Assembly: GCA_027717985.1 (NCBI GenBank)
Contig: JALLOO010000003.1
Span: 1 to 63,570, forward strand
Direction: 5' to 3'
DNA from: Patescibacteria group bacterium AH-259-L05
GTDB taxonomy: Bacteria; Patescibacteriota; Patescibacteriia; UBA2591; UBA6264
Length of the DNA: 63,570 nucleotides
The notes under the pieces were generated by a model that did no database searches, had not been told where the DNA came from, and saw only the letters and a list, made by a program, of their open reading frames with translations. Below, in pieces: positions 63,321 to 63,570 of this stretch. Position 1 is the first letter of the stretch. Every line of letters starts with the position of its first letter. The position numbers and the translations under genes were made by a program.

Positions 63321-63570
63321 TTTAAAGATAATATTTTTCTCGTTTTCTTTTTCTTCTTTGTTTTCCAGATTTCTGATTATTTTTACGACAATGCCTCTTA
63401 TCTCAATTTCTTTTCTAAAAATAGGGGATAGACTTGGATTTGCCGGTTGCAGTCTAAATCTGTCTTTTTCTTTATAGAGTTTTTTCAGCGTAGCTTCATT
63501 GTCGTCAATTACAGCAACAACGGTGTCTCCGTTGTCTGCTGTTTTTTGGTGTCGTATAACAACTATGTCG
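63321..63570 (-). CDS. LexA-like S24 peptidase C-terminal domain, in the same open frame as the methyltransferase (partial, runs off window)
   Basis: Hand translation of the minus strand gives ...DIVVIRHQKTADNGDTVVAVIDDNEATLKKLYKEKDRFRLQPANPSLSPIFRKEIEIRGIVVKIIRNLENKEEKENEKNIIFK-MAELFCGPGG. There is no stop codon between it and MTase motif I. Confidence 0.7.

Noticed and set aside
1-63570. Alternative genetic code (UGA recoding as in some candidate phyla)
   Set aside because: All conserved genes read through at full length with the standard bacterial code. TGA functions as a stop, for example at the ileS/recO and uvrC/PEBP ATGA junctions.

Overview
This is an AT-rich, tightly packed bacterial chromosomal segment. 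Most of it is housekeeping: rpsL-rpsG-fusA, tmRNA and smpB, rpmB, ileS, recO, rbfA, ftsH, uvrB-uvrA-uvrC, tpiA, fba, tig, hppA, nusA, murA and six tRNAs. The small truncated repair proteins, K/E-rich expansions and many anchored hypothetical proteins resemble a streamlined Patescibacteria/CPR-like genome, but that is inference only. All calls rest on reading the ORF track and hand-folding or hand-translating the DNA; no searches were run, and hand-placed coordinates may be off by a few nt. No rRNA, CRISPR array, transposase or integrase is visible. The observations most worth a second look are: (1) A GC-richer island at the right end (about 60.2-63.3 kb) carries a C-protein, vsr, a putative restriction endonuclease and a C5 cytosine methyltransferase. 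The methyltransferase ORF continues upstream, in frame and without a stop, into a LexA-like S24 peptidase domain that runs off the window. (2) A dispersed palindromic repeat family (core TTGTCAT[T/C]CC ... GGAATGACAA) sits at 12 or more loci. Some copies abut consensus GGGGTTGACA promoters. Others lie inside ORFs: in frame in uvrC, at an ogt-mpg fusion junction, at the 5' end of a DUF4015-like ORF, and in copA, where a C9 run breaks the frame. (3) A prkA / yhbH(DUF444) / spoVR cluster converges on a Lon-like protease gene that is interrupted at an A9 run. (4) Three small paralogous genes lie in tandem with duplicated promoter and terminator modules. (5) An HD-like gene is start/stop-coupled to a DAC (diadenylate cyclase)-like gene, and both deviate at catalytic motifs. 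(6) A MITE-like, hairpin-dense GC-rich block lies upstream of the restriction-modification genes.
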